From Octopus bimaculoides (taxonomy: Eukaryota), in assembly GCF_001194135.2 (NCBI RefSeq), contig NC_068981.1, forward strand, positions 137,338,230 to 137,402,229: a DNA stretch of 64,000 bases, written 5' to 3'. Under the pieces are notes generated by a model that saw nothing but the letters and a program-made list of their open reading frames with translations, was not told where the DNA came from and ran no database searches. How positions within the stretch are numbered: the first letter of the stretch is position 1; every line of letters starts with the position of its first letter. This document shows, in pieces, positions 48,886-62,556 of this stretch. Position numbers and translations under genes: made by a program.

Positions 48886-50084
48886 TTACCATATTGAGCA
48901 AATAAAAAAATCCTGACAAGAAAAAAGGTTGTCATATTTCCATGAGTCTCTCGAGTAAATGAAGGTCAAGGAAGGTCATTCAATTTCCTGTTAGTTTTCA
49001 TTTTCGTTTCTTTATCACTTAGTCAAAGGAAGAAACGCAGCTCCCGCAATAGGTTTCTGAGTCGCTCGAGACTTTTGAGAAGTTATCGTCCGACTGGACC
49101 TCTTGTCTGACTTCCTATAACACAGTGGACTCTTATAAAGGTAGCCAAGGGCCTCCATACAGTTTCTCTTACCCATAATTTTACTCAACTTTAGTTGACC
49201 TGAGGCTATACAGAAGGGGAATGAACTTAAAACCCACGTAATTGCAAAACGAACTTCGAAATCATGCAGCTATGTTCGTTAGCTACGTTGGTGACGTCTT
49301 TCTTAACAGACTCTAGGGCGGTAAGCTGGCAGACTCGTTAGCAGCATTTATTTCGGCTCTTTATGTTCTGAATTTAAATCTCGCGGATGTCATCTTTACC
49401 TTTCACTCTTTTGAGGTCGATAAAATAAGTAGCAGTTGAACATTGAGGTAGTTTTAATCGACTTACTCCTTCCCTCAAAATAGCTGGCCTTGTGGCAAAA
49501 TTAGAAAGAATTTATTAACTACTTCTTCACAGAGATGTACTTTTTCCACATATAACTTTAGATCTAGATATCCCTAAATAGATGGGGATGTTCACGACTG
49601 GAATGGCTTTGATCATAGGTCTGCTCAGTTAGCGCTGAGATAGAACAACATTAAGCTCTAACTGTATAAGCAACGAGTGAACTATTTCGATGATATTTTA
49701 AAATAAAACAAAACAGATTTACATTATTTTAATCTTTTTAAAATGTTGTCTGTTTTCAAAAACCGCTTTCGGTTTAAAATGATCAGGTGTTTCACGAGAA
49801 AACATTGTTAACGGCATATGTAATGTCAATTAATATTTTAATAGTTGAATATTATTTTAGAAGTTTAATACTCCACTTTGTCAAAATAACTGTTAGAAAA
49901 GTACAATATCTATAATCAAATTAAATGCTGAATACGAAATTCAACTTCAGATACATTGAACATTTGGTTCGTCAAACGTTATGTAAAGTTCAAATGAAAC
50001 ATGCAGCACAGGAACAATTAGCATGAGTCAGCAAACGTAACATTTTAATTCCTAATGGGTGTATTTTAAAGAACTGATCTTCGG

Positions 50085-50305
50085 GACTCCTTAAAAGGTC
50101 ACAGTGGTGGATAGGGGCTTGCGGGGCCAAAAGCAGAGCCCGTTCCCCACTTCATTGTTTTTGTAATTTGTATTGTTATTTCATCCGATTTTTAGTATCA
50201 TTAATTTTTATTCGATTTATCGTATTCATGTGTTTTTCATCCTGGCCCCTTACTTTTGTATCGTCCCCTCTGTGTTTGACCCCCTGTTGATAATAGTACA
50301 ATAAT
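50085..50305 (+). mobile_element. LINE-type 3' UTR related to the Tx1-like tail
   Basis: T-rich UTR followed by GTCCCCTCTGTGTTTGACCCC..CAATAATA. Confidence 0.5.
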
Positions 50306-50312
50306 ACTTTCA

Positions 50313-50685
50313 TTTTTACCTCCACCTTCGCTAAGGCGGAGGTATTGTTTTCAGTCGTGTTTGTTTGTTTGTCCACGGGCAAGATATCTCAAGAACCACC
50401 GGATGGATTCGGATGAAACTTTCAGGGACGTTTGGCATCGTGACTAGCACGAACTGATTAGATTTTGGGATCGATCGGGACCGGACAAGGATTCTGGATT
50501 ATTTTTCCTTTTTTTTTTTTTACTTAATCTTTGAGAGTGGTCGGGTTCATTCTTAGTATTCTCGTTTGTCAGAGCAGCCGAGTTTATTTCAGATATACAC
50601 ATTTTAAAAATCATCTCTGGCTAAGTGTTGAGAGGACGTTGGTGTTGCTTTGGCGGAGGTTTGCCCTTTCTGAGTGCTCTTGTTT
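50313..50685 (+). mobile_element. Helentron-associated non-autonomous element (HINE/DINE-1-like)
   Basis: 5' sub-TIR/hairpin TACCTCCACCTTCGCTAAGGCGGAGGTA, (GTTT)n, 3' TTGGCGGAGGT followed by a short stem and T-rich flank. Confidence 0.65.
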
Positions 50686-51737
50686 TGTTTTATTTTCAAT
50701 ATGATTTATTTTTATTGTTTATTCGTTTCACTTCTTTTATTGCGGCCATGCTCGGGCATGTAAAGTTTAGCCGAAGAGATCGACCCCAGTATTTATTTTA
50801 TTAAGTCTAGTGCTTATTCTATCGGTTACTTTTGTCGAACTACTGGTTATGTATAAGTAAACAAATCAGTATTGTCAAGCGATGGAGGCGGAAGTGACAA
50901 ACACATAGACGAAGACATATACATATATAAATATAAACGACGAATTTCATCGTAGTTTCCGTCTACCAATTCTCTCACAAGGGTTTAGTTGGCCCAGGTC
51001 CATTGTAGAAGAAACTTGCCTGAGATGTCACCCAGTGGGACCGAAACCACGTGATTCTAAAGAGAGATTTTTAATCATACAGCCTTGGTTGCACCTATTA
51101 AATATGTTTTTCTGAAGAGTATTACTTTCAAAATACAAATACAAATTTAAGATCTCGGTAATGTTTAGTACAAATAATTGATTGTTGCTTTTCCATAACC
51201 CTGGAATACTTTAATTTATATATGGATGTACAAGAGAGAAATAAAAGTTACATAATCTTTTTCTTTTTCTCCCTCCTAGGAAGAAATAAAGGTAGAAGTA
51301 GAAGGTAATATAATCTTTATTTCTCCCTACTACAGTCGTACATAAAGAAATTTCTGCATAACTACACAAGTCTACCTCTCCACTTGCTGCCGTCGCCACT
51401 CCACCGATTTTGCTTCCTGACAAGTTCACCTTACTACCACTCCTAGATTTTCTCTCCCTCTTCCACTCCTGACAATATTACCTCTAGAATTCTTCCCTTT
51501 AATTTTCTTTGATTCGGTTTAAATGTATATACATGAGTGCGACAATATATTTACTTACAGTTGACATAGTAAATGAGCCCCAGCCTTATATTCACAAAGC
51601 TTCAATCTAACCAAAATTCCCCCCTTTTCCCCCTCACCTTTTCTTTATTCTTATTTTTTTTCTTAACAGCTTTAGACATCTTCCCACTCCCATATCCTAT
51701 TTCTTCATGCATGTTTTTCTTCATTTAACTAAGGTAT

Positions 51738-51828
51738 CTTCAGCCTGATGAGTAGCTAGTGGGGTACTCCTCGTTGAGTAATTATCACCTCCGAGGTTCT
51801 GCTAGCTAGGAAACACATGTAGCCTGGA
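51738..51828 (+). ncRNA. Type I hammerhead ribozyme-like motif (decayed)
   Basis: CTGATGA (51745-51751), stem II TAGCTAG/CTAGCTA, GAAA (51810-51813), stem III ACA-CA-TGT, GTA cleavage triplet, imperfect stem I. Confidence 0.5.
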
Positions 51829-53754
51829 TTTTACCTATCCATTCCTTCAATTTAGTTATATATATATACATACACACACGCGCATACATAAGCAAGGAGA
51901 ATGGAGTGGGCAACACATTTTACCGCATAATTCTACAATTGTTTCATTGACGCTTTACCAGAAGTTTATTGCAGAGATATTATTATATAATATACAAAAT
52001 AATACATTGTATCAGTATTATTTCGACAACACTAGAAAACGTCAACTTCTCAGGTGTATACATACACCAGCTTGCTCCAGTCTCCTTGTTAATATTCATA
52101 TAATCACCACAGATACTCACTGATTTTCCGACATATCTTCAGTAAAACAATCTGTTTTCGCTGTAAACTCTATCTGATAATCGATACCCGAACACTGGCT
52201 TTCTTAAGCAAACTGCAAGATGAACATCCAAATTGAATTGAGATTGGTATGTATGTATGTATGTATGTATGTATACAGCATTTGGAGTCAGTACATGTGC
52301 AGATTTGTATTTTTTTTTATGTATGTCTTCTCATTCATATACTTGCATGTCTAGACATGCACATATATACTTAGATGATAAACTTCTGGAAAGTTTTACA
52401 GATTTTTACAGTTCCAGAAATGGCTTGGATCTGTAGTCTTCGAATCAGCTTTCTCCATTTTGGTTTTGAGAAGGCTAATTTCTCAAGATTGGTGCTTAGG
52501 TAGTGTGTTATATATCCTAGTGCGCCAATAATTACAGGTATAAACCTGAACTTGTAATCTGGGTAGAGTATGTATGTATGTATGTATGAATGTATGCATG
52601 CATGTGTATGTATGTATGCGTGTATTTATGTATGTATGTATGTATGTATGTATGTATGTATGTATGTGTGTATGTATGTATGCATGTATGTGTGCGTGTG
52701 ATAAGTTATGCTTTTTTCTTTTGAAAGTATGTTGCCTGTGCAAAACTTAAGTCGTCTAAATGCAAAGCCCTACCTCATAACTTTAAACTTAGTTATATAC
52801 ATATATTCACTTTTATGTATCAAGTTATGCACTTTCAGAAACGTGGTTTTGAATGTAGAATATTGTAAATCTTAAAACAATTTCGGAAATTTCAAATTCA
52901 CTAACTTCCTATTGTAGGTAGAATCCTATTTCAAGGCGAATAATTACGCAGCGCATGAATGGAAAGGAATCTTAAAAAATGTCTCTTGATAATATAATTT
53001 TGGCATTTTAAGGTTGCATACTTCGTTCTTTTACTTTTTTTTTTATCGTTTTTGAAATTCCAATTAACGCTTTGTAAGCTATACCATTATTCAATGTTAT
53101 TATATTAAGACATTCCAATGGACTAAAAGACATTTTTCTTTCATGTAGCAACGCCATTACTTTTGCAACAGATGCCATGAATGCTCTTAATTTACGTCAA
53201 TGGCACCAGAAGTGTCTTAAATACAGGTGATAAATATTTCACTATATAATTCGATTCGCGTCTTTTTTTTCTCACTCTTTCTTCTCAAAGGCAGACGATA
53301 TATTCGATATATTTACTGCAGAGCACCTTCGATGAATATACAAACATTACCACCAGTGCGGTATTAAACATCAAACCTTAAACAACATGTTTTTCAATGG
53401 AAGAAACATTAGATCATTATTGTGTTTCTTCTATTACTTGTATTCCACTACAAACATCGCCACCACTATCCCACCAAAATAACCGCCACCACCACTACTA
53501 CTGCGGTTGTTGTTGCTGCCATATGAAGAGCGGTATAATATTCACCACAAAATATATTGACAAGGTTAGTGGTGGTAAAAGGCTAAAATTATTTTTGTAG
53601 CCACACCTAATGTCGTCATCCCTGAATGCTCGCTAATTTTCCATAGACATTAGTATATTAGTAAAGTAAATGACCTTCCTTCGGTTTCGACGATGAGTAC
53701 TGCGAATGTTCAAGCAAATCGACTTGCTACTTTCCTTTGAAATATAGGATAAGG

Positions 53755-53990
53755 GAAGGCGCATGGCTTAATGCTTAAGATGTTGGACTCATGATCGTAA
53801 GATTGTGGTTTCGATTCCTGGATCGGGTGATGCGTTGCGTTGCGTCCTCCTGCAAAACACTTCATTTCACGTTGCTCCACTCCATTTAGCTGATAGAAAT
53901 GAGTAATACTGCTACGGACTGGCATTTCATCCAAAGACGAATATATATATATGCCAGAGAATCGTAAGTGCGCTAGACATTCGGCCAAGC
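53755..53990 (+). mobile_element. SINE family D
   Basis: GGCGCATGGCTTA..GTTTCGATTCCTGG..AAAACACTTCATTTCACGTTGCTCCA..AAATGAGTAA. Confidence 0.8.
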
Positions 53991-54044
53991 CGGGTCGGAA
54001 ATATTATGTAATGACATCTTAAAATTGACATCTTAAAAAAACAA

Positions 54045-54465
54045 ATTCTTTTATTCTTTGGTTCAGTCATTTGACTGCGGCCATGCTGGAGCACCGCTTT
54101 TAGTCGAACAAATCGGCCGCAGAACTTATTCTTTGTAAGCCTAGTACTTATTCTATCGGACTATTTTGCCGAACTGCTAAGTTACAGGGATGTAAACACA
54201 CCAACATCGGTTGTCAACCGATGGTGGGGGGACAAACACGGACACACAAACATGTACATACATACATACATATATATATGTATATATATATATACACACG
54301 ACGGGCTTCTTTCAGTTTCCGTCTAGCAAATCTACTCACAAGGCTTTGATCGGCCCGAGGCTATAGTAGAAGACACTTGCCCCAAAGTGCCACGCAGTGG
54401 GACTGAACCCTGGAACCATGTGGTTGGGAAGCAAGCTTCTTACCACACAATCACGCCTGCGCCTG
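54045..54465 (-). mobile_element. SINE family B, full length
   Basis: Family consensus. Confidence 0.9.
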
Positions 54466-54481
54466 TATTGGACGTGGGAAC

Positions 54482-54482
<1 letters not shown>

Positions 54483-54540
<58 letters not shown>

Positions 54541-54560
54541 TTTTGTTGTTGTTGTTGTTT
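54483..54560. repeat. (TAG)n followed by (TTG)n
   Basis: Direct inspection. Confidence 0.95.
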
Positions 54561-55552
54561 AGCTCCAGGTTAGCCATTATCGTGTAAATCTATGATGGAA
54601 AGAATTCTGTCCGTTGATCATCCCGTCTTTTTAAGAGTGTCTACCATTAAATTATCCGACGTGTCTTTTCTTATTTAAGGCGGGGCTTGTTTTAATGGAG
54701 ATTTTTACTGTTATTTCTCTTTCGAGCAATCACGTAGACGCTCCTTGATTGTTGCTGTCCCAGTTGATCTTTAAACTTAGGCTAACCTTGAACAGGTAGG
54801 CCTATGATCAAAAGCGATCCGGTTCTACCCACCCCTTCTCGTCTTTTATTCAGACATATTGTATTCAGTCACGCTTCTTTCAAGACAGCGGTGTATGATT
54901 TGAAGATTTGGTTGCTATTTCTAATAAGCTGAGCGACCACGTAGGGGCCAACTCTTTGACTTTTAGTTTAGACTTGCTGTTCAGATCCGACTCAATCCTG
55001 ATGAAGCTCAGCTATGATGAAAGATATTCTAGCCATGACCATCTCCACTTTTACAAAGGTGTCTCAGATTACATTAACAAATGTGCGTCCCACTCTTTTT
55101 GAAAGTTGGCGGATTTCGGTTTGAGTAAGTTTTGGCTGCTATTTCTAGCATGTTCAGTGACCATATAGAGGTTATCTCGTTGGATTCTCCTTTAACGGTT
55201 TCACCGTGTCACTCGGCCTAGCTGAGAAGACAACACAATCCAACATGCAGTGATGAATTGTACAGGATTTAATGTTACTGTCTGGATATTGTGCACCAGA
55301 AACTGACAGTTGTTCCTCTGCATTTATTGATGGTGATATTTATCCCAACACAGTGTTTTAGGGCCAGTGAGGCTATTGATGTTGTGTTTATTTCTGTCTC
55401 TGTATGTGTTCCTTATATTGCCTGGACTGAGTGGGAGAGATATTGTTCTTAACACGTAGCAGTGTACACGTGATACATAGACACGTACACAACATATAAC
55501 ACTGCATTGGTGGGTGAATATTCTTTATTTGTGGATTAACAAACCTGCCAGT

Positions 55553-55850
55553 GGAGGCGCAATGGCCCAGTGGTTAGGGCAGCGGACTCTCGGTCATAGG
55601 ATCGCGGTTTCGATTCCCAGACCGGGCGTTGTGAGTGTTTATTGAGCGAAAACATCTAAAGCTCCACGAGGCTCCGGCAGGGGATGGTGGCGAACCCTGC
55701 TGTACTCTTTCACCACAACTTTCTCTCACTCTTACTTCCTGTTTCTGTTGTGCCTGTAATTCAAAGGGTCAGCCTTGTCACACTGAGTCACGCTGAATAT
55801 CCCCGAGAACTACGTTAAGGGTACACGTGACTGTGGAGTGCTCAGCCACT
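55553..55850 (+). mobile_element. SINE family A (3' end in gap)
   Basis: Near-identical to 17486-17785. Confidence 0.9.
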
Positions 55851-56476
55851 NNNNNNNNNNNNNNNNNNNNNNNNNNNNNNNNNNNNNNNNNNNNNNNNNN
55901 NNNNNNNNNNNNNNNNNNNNNNNNNNNNNNNNNNNNNNNNNNNNNNNNNNNNNNNNNNNNNNNNNNNNNNNNNNNNNNNNNNNNNNNNNNNNNNNNNNNN
56001 NNNNNNNNNNNNNNNNNNNNNNNNNNNNNNNNNNNNNNNNNNNNNNNNNNNNNNNNNNNNNNNNNNNNNNNNNNNNNNNNNNNNNNNNNNNNNNNNNNNN
56101 NNNNNNNNNNNNNNNNNNNNNNNNNNNNNNNNNNNNNNNNNNNNNNNNNNNNNNNNNNNNNNNNNNNNNNNNNNNNNNNNNNNNNNNNNNNNNNNNNNNN
56201 NNNNNNNNNNNNNNNNNNNNNNNNNNNNNNNNNNNNNNNNNNNNNNNNNNNNNNNNNNNNNNNNNNNNNNNNNNNNNNNNNNNNNNNNNNNNNNNNNNNN
56301 NNNNNNNNNNNNNNNNNNNNNNNNNNNNNNNNNNNNNNNATATGTATGTATGTTCTTTTACTTGTTTCGGTCATTTGAATGCGTCCATGCTGGAGCACTC
56401 CCTTGAGGGTTTTTTAGGCGAACAAATCAACCCCTGGGCTTATTTTTTATGGATGCCCTGTACATATTGTACGTAC

Positions 56477-56523
<47 letters not shown>

Positions 56524-56689
56524 CATGGACTCTTCTGTCGTTAAACGACGTATAAGAATTCTGCAATTTCTTGCTGAACTACCGCACCGATGGTTTGTTT
56601 ATAGCGATCAAATGTTTGTGTTCACATAAGCTCATTCCATCCATCAGATCGGCATTACTTATACAGGTGCACGAACTTCCACACGTCAG

Positions 56690-56826
56690 GTGACGAAATG
56701 ATCGCCGAGCAACATGAAACCAAGTGTTTTGCTCAAGAACACAAAGCAATGCCTGGTCTGGGATTCGAAAATACGATCTCGCAGTCGTGAGTGCAACATC
56801 CTAACCACTAAGCCATGCGCCTCCAC
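56690..56826 (-). mobile_element. SINE family D head
   Basis: Reverse complement reads GTGGAGGCGCATGGCTTAGTGGTTAGGATGTTGCACTCACG..TGTGTTCTTGAGCAAAACAC. Confidence 0.75.
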
Positions 56827-56847
56827 ACACACCTACATGCATGCGCA

Positions 56848-56888
<41 letters not shown>

Positions 56889-56999
56889 GGATGTTTGAGG
56901 TGGTTTTTCGTGCAATTTGGTGTAACTGTGAGGGATGAAGTTTGCTATGTCACCAGTATCTTTCGCATTTTCAAATCTGATTGTCGGTCTCTCTCTATT

Positions 57000-57415
57000 T
57001 TACTCTTTTATTTGTGTCAGTCATTTGACTGCGGCCATGCTGGAGCACCGCCTTTAGTCGAGCAAATCGACCCCAGGATTTATTCTTTGTAAGCCTAGTA
57101 CTTATTCTTGCGGTCTCTTTTGCCGAACCGCTAAGTTACGGGGACGTAAACACACCAGCATCAGTTGTCAAGCGATGTTGGAGGAGACAAACACATACAC
57201 ACACACACATATATATACATATACATATATACGGTGGGCTTCTTTCAGTTTCCATCCACCAAATCCACTCACATCAGTTTCCGTCTACCAAATCCACTTT
57301 GGTCGGCCCGAGGCTATAGTAGAAGACACTTGCCCAAGGTGCCACGCAGTGGGAATGAACCCAGAACCATGTAGTTGGTAAGCAAGCAACTTACCACACA
57401 GCCACTCCTGCGCCT
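57000..57415 (-). mobile_element. SINE family B, full length with small internal duplication
   Basis: Family consensus; CAGTTTCC..CCAAATCCACT duplicated at 57246-57298. Confidence 0.9.
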
Positions 57416-57555
57416 ATTAATCTGTATTAATCGTCATGATGGTTATTTCTTTTTATTTGGTAGTGAATCTTTTCAACATAAATGTATTTTTATGGTGAAT
57501 TTAAAAATAAAGAAGTTACAAATAATTAAAGATTGAATTTTTTTTATTATTCTCA

Positions 57556-57730
57556 GCGAATACGATGCGGCCATTTTCGACAAAAAAATTTTCGTAATTA
57601 AAAAAATGGTTGTGTAGCATTTTTAATATTAATTTCTCACAAACTAATAATAATAATGATAATAATAGTAATAATAAGAGACGTCGCTATTCCGACTTCC
57701 GGCGTGTCGAAAATAGCCGCTATCCGCACG
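57556..57730. mobile_element. Small foldback/MITE-like element
   Basis: GCGGCCATTTTCGACA (57567-57582) and TGTCGAAAATAGCCGC (57705-57720) are inverted repeats matching at 15/16. Confidence 0.5.
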
Positions 57731-58299
57731 GTGAAATTCTAAAAGAAATTTCAATCCTTAAAGATTCGTAATTTGATTATTTTTAATTTCTCTGAAAAAT
57801 TGTAATGATTTCAGTAATTACTTGAAAAAACTACATCTGCACAGAAAGTTCGGATCTGCTGAGTTATTAGTTTATTGTAGTGTGACGTTGAGAAATAGGA
57901 GACTTGACAGGACTGACAAAGCTAATGATCGATCTAATGTATAGTTAGTTATACACAGTTGTTTTTTTTCTGTTGCTTTCTTTCTTTACTATGTTTTCCA
58001 TGTGTGTTGCAAATGTTGTAAAGGAGTTGTGTTAAAATCCTAATATATTGATTTCAAATTTTGGGGAGAGGATAAACTGATTATTTATTTTATCGAACCC
58101 GAAGGATGAAAGGCAAAGTCGACCTCAGTGGAATTTAAACTCATAACGTAAAGACACAGACGAAATGCCGCTACCAACTCGCCAGTCTTCTTTGTGTTTG
58201 GTACATGTTGCTGTGTAGATATGTTATGTGTAGTTATTATTGTGACATGGGATGCCATACAAACGTTGATGTTGTTGATGATGATGATGATCACTGTAC

Positions 58300-59150
58300 A
58301 TTAATAGTTTTACTATTAGTTTTATGGTTTATGTTGGAAACAAATGTTTGTCATTTTCTTTATCTAAATTTTCGTTTGTTATTTCTTTATTTAGCTGTTT
58401 GAAGCTGAATTTTATTTCGGTTGTCTACGACTTTAGTGTATTATGTTTGAGCTTGTATTTGGTTTTTATGAGGTTAGCTGTTTCTAGTGTGTAACTGGGA
58501 TTGTATTTTTATACGTTACCTTATGGGACTTCTTTAGATGCATCTGTAATAAATTTGTTGAATATATGTACCGCAACGTCTATGATGGCGACTGTGGGTT
58601 GATAAATTCTGTAAACCTTGATTCTGTTTCTTAATGGAACTCGTGTCATTATACATTTATTTATTTATTTATTTGAAGTTTGTGAAATTGATTTTGCCTT
58701 TCTTCATTGATGTGCGAGCGTGTTGTGATAGTAATTGGTGATCTGAGGAAAGTTGTGGAATTATTAGCCTAATGATTGTGGTCGCTTGAAATCGAGAATA
58801 GAAGAGAAAACCCGGGGAGGAGTTGATGTACTTTACTTGGTGATGTTTGTATATGCGTTGATGTGGATTGTTTAAGACATGAAGGAACTCTAGCAACGAC
58901 GGCATTACGCCATCTATCTTGTTATCTGTACTACTTGAAAACCAGGAAGTATTGTAAGCATTATGTAACGGCAACACTGTTTAAGATCTGGAAACACTAT
59001 TCCACTGTTGAATCATCAGTTAGTCAAATTTTAAGCATTTCTTGGTTTTGAAGTGTGTTTTGACGCAGCTTTTACTATGTTGTGTGAATTTGCGATTGCA
59101 AGAGTCATCTGTGGTGTATCTAGGGCCACAATATTCAATGTGCCTATTTC
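58300..59150 (-). mobile_element. Decayed APE-type LINE (endonuclease end and linker)
   Basis: PQLSSDHQLL (SDH motif) followed by INFTNF and a Lys-rich helical linker; many stops. Confidence 0.45.
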
Positions 59151-59169
59151 ACTTCCCATGTTCTGTGTC

Positions 59170-59529
59170 AACGGAATAATAGCAAAACAGAGGACCAAAT
59201 GGAAACTTTAAGACGCGGTTCAGAGCACAAGGTCGTTCTTTACTTGGGTGGGTCAGAGATGGGGGTCTAGCAGCCCTTGAGTGACTGAGCATACATTTCT
59301 TGAACCCATGCTCACCTCCATCGTGTGGAGAAGGAGGTAGAAAACGTGCCCTAAGCATTGCCTGCTTCGTTTATTCGGTCCAGCTCACCATTGATGGCAG
59401 AGATCCAAAACTTGTGGACGTAAGACAAAAGAAAAACAAAAATAAAAGTATCTCACCATTATCACGTGGAACGTGCAGACAATCACGGACAACGCCCAAA
59501 GCGAGGGGCCAGAGAGAACAACTTTGGTT
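59170..59529 (+). mobile_element. RTE-clade LINE 5' end
   Basis: LTIITWNVQTITDNAQSEGPERTTLV (59452-59529) matches the RTE endonuclease start (TWNVRT..RPxRRTALV); cut off by SINE-B. Confidence 0.75.
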
Positions 59530-59532
59530 ATT

Positions 59533-59834
59533 CTTTTACTCTTTTACTCTTTTACTTGTTTCAGTCATTTGACTGCGGCCATGCTGGAGCACCGCCTTTA
59601 GTCGAGCAAATCGACTCTAGGACTTATTCTTTGGAAGCCTAGTACTTATTCTATCGGTCTCTTTTGCCGAAACGCTAAGTTACGGGACGTAAACACACCA
59701 GCATCGGTTGTCAAGCGATGTTGGGGTGACAAACACAGACACACAAACATACACACACACATATATATATACGACGGGCTTCTTCCAGTTTCCGTCTACC
59801 AAATCCACTCACAAGGCTTTGGTCGGCCCGAGGC
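59533..59834 (-). mobile_element. SINE family B (head in gap)
   Basis: Family consensus with (GAGTAAAA)-type tail. Confidence 0.9.
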
Positions 59835-60726
59835 TNNNNNNNNNNNNNNNNNNNNNNNNNNNNNNNNNNNNNNNNNNNNNNNNNNNNNNNNNNNNNNNNN
59901 NNNNNNNNNNNNNNNNNNNNNNNNNNNNNNNNNNNNNNNNNNNNNNNNNNNNNNNNNNNNNNNNNNNNNNNNNNNNNNNNNNNNNNNNNNNNNNNNNNNN
60001 NNNNNNNNNNNNNNNNNNNNNNNNNNNNNNNNNNNNNNNNNNNNNNNNNNNNNNNNNNNNNNNNNNNNNNNNNNNNNNNNNNNNNNNNNNNNNNNNNNNN
60101 NNNNNNNNNNNNNNNNNNNNNNNNNNNNNNNNNNNNNNNNNNNNNNNNNNNNNNNNNNNNNNNNNNNNNNNNNNNNNNNNNNNNNNNNNNNNNNNNNNNN
60201 NNNNNNNNNNNNNNNNNNNNNNNNNNNNNNNNNNNNNNNNNNNNNNNNNNNNNNNNNNNNNNNNNNNNNNNNNNNNNNNNNNNNNNNNNNNNNNNNNNNN
60301 NNNNNNNNNNNNNNNNNNNNNNNNNNNNNNNNNNNNNNNNNNNNNNNNNNNNNNNNNNNNNNNNNNNNNNNNNNNNNNNNNNNNNNNNNNNNNNNNNNNN
60401 NNNNNNNNNNNNNNNNNNNNNNNNNNNNNNNNNNNNNNNNNNNNNNNNNNNNNNNNNNNNNNNNNNNNNNNNNNNNNNNNNNNNNNNNNNNNNNNNNNNN
60501 NNNNNNNNNNNNNNNNNNNNNNNNNNNNNNNNNNNNNNNNNNNNNNNNNNNNNNNNNNNNNNNNNNNNNNNNNNNNNNNNNNNNNNNNNNNNNNNNNNNN
60601 NNNNNNNNNNNNNNNNNNNNNNNNNNNNNNNNNNNNNNNNNNNNNNNNNNNNNNNNNNNNNNNNNNNNNNNNNNNNNNNNNNNNNNNNNNNNNNNNNNNN
60701 NNNNNNNNNNNNNNNNNNNNNNNNNN

Positions 60727-60784
<58 letters not shown>

Positions 60785-62041
60785 CTCTCTCTCTCTCTCT
60801 AAATGCATTTGGGTATGATGCGAAGGAACATAACGCACACAAACCTTCACAATCTACGCGTTTCCTTAAGCCAGATATATTCAGATATGCTGAATCTCCG
60901 ATTTTTAAAGGTAAATTATAATTATTAGAATCCACTCATTCGCCAACAAATATACAAACACACGCATGCACATACACACACGAACAGTTCAAATGCATAT
61001 AGGTATAAATGTGCACAAACTGACGCTAAGATTTTCCTTACGGTACCGAAGCTTGTTATAAACCACAAATACGTATGTACTTTGCATTTTCATAAACCCA
61101 CAAGAATACATATGTGGGTATATGAATGTTGAAAATGTATATATAAAGGCATATGAATGTTATTTATTTATGTACGGACATCTGTTTATGACAAGAAATA
61201 CACACACATATACACATATTGGTGGTGTAGACTAGTAGAGTAAGTTGGGTCTCTTGACGTTTAGCCACGTTCTTTTGCATTTTCAGTTCAAAACATGCCG
61301 AAGTAGACAATAAATTAAGAAGAATTTGTAGTATGGCGAATAAGCTTATTGTTATAACGAGTAAAAAATGTAACGCTTCGGGATATTGTCATTCATCATA
61401 GAGTAAAAAAGCCTGAAGAGTTACTCTTGGTCTGGTTGGCTGTACCGTCAACCTGTCTAACAACTTCATCGCCTTGTCCGACTCTCTGACAAAGGGCAAG
61501 AGTTTGAAATGTTAGATTTCCATACTCCTCACAGTGATGGAATTTATCCGATATACTAGAAACCTTTGTTCTGCTTTATTGGCATTGATTCTGACATTTA
61601 TCATATTTCTCTGGTTCTGGAATTTACCATATAAAATAAAAAGTAGTCAAGTTCTGAATCGATCTAATTAATTATACCTCTGTTATTAAAATGTGTCGCC
61701 CCGTGTCTGTATTATTAATCATTATTAAAAATATATTAATCTTTCTATGTATCTCTATATAAATATGTTTATGATAGAGTATTGTATAATTGTTTCAAAA
61801 TTTGGCACAAGGCCAGCAAATTTTATGGAGAGCTTATAAGTCGATTACGTTGACTCCAGTGATCAACTAGAATTTGCTTCATCGACTCAGAAATGATGAA
61901 AAACATAAGTCTACCTCGGCAGAATTTCAACTCAGAACGTAAAGAATACTTCGAAACACTTTTTCCAGTGTTCCAGTGATAGTGACAGCTCGCCAACCTG
62001 AGAGCATGATATAATAAAGCATAGTAAAATATAGTGTAATA

Positions 62042-62190
62042 TATGAGGGGGCGCTGAAAAGTTTCTAGCTTTCGGTAAAAGAAAATACAGGAGGATCAGT
62101 TAATCTATGATTTAATTCAACATATTTCCCTAACAGATTCACACACTTATTGCAGTGGCCCTTCAGTTTTTTCTAAGCCCTGTAAAAGCG
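62042..62190 (+). mobile_element. mariner-type left end fragment
   Basis: TA|TGAGGGGGCGCTGAAAAGTTTCTAGCTTT resembles mariner TIRs. Confidence 0.5.
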
Positions 62191-62460
62191 TCTTCTCTTA
62201 TACGAAACTAACTAATAATCAGCAGCTATTTAGATAAACTTACGCACAGTTCACCAAAGCAAATTTTCACATATGCAAACATATGATAAACACACAAACT
62301 CACACACATAGAAACAGACAATGAACTCAAAAGCTCATACATAGAAACAGTCGAACTAACAAACTTACACGTATACAAACGCATGATGAACGCATAAACT
62401 TTCGCATAGAAACAGTCGAACTAACAAACTCACACACATACAAACACATGAACGTAAACA

Positions 62461-62556
<96 letters not shown>

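Noticed and set aside
48963-48978. AGGTCA-AGGA-AGGTCA DR4 nuclear receptor-like element
   Set aside because: A single short motif in repeat-rich DNA with no identified target gene or conservation evidence.
52100-52200. Possible minus-strand exon bounded by TTGCAG and GTGAGT
   Set aside because: All three frames contain stops and no partner exons are identifiable.
62290-62455. ~70-bp tandem duplication containing ACATAGAAACAGTCGAACTAACAAAC
   Set aside because: Ordinary local slippage next to (CA)n; two copies only.
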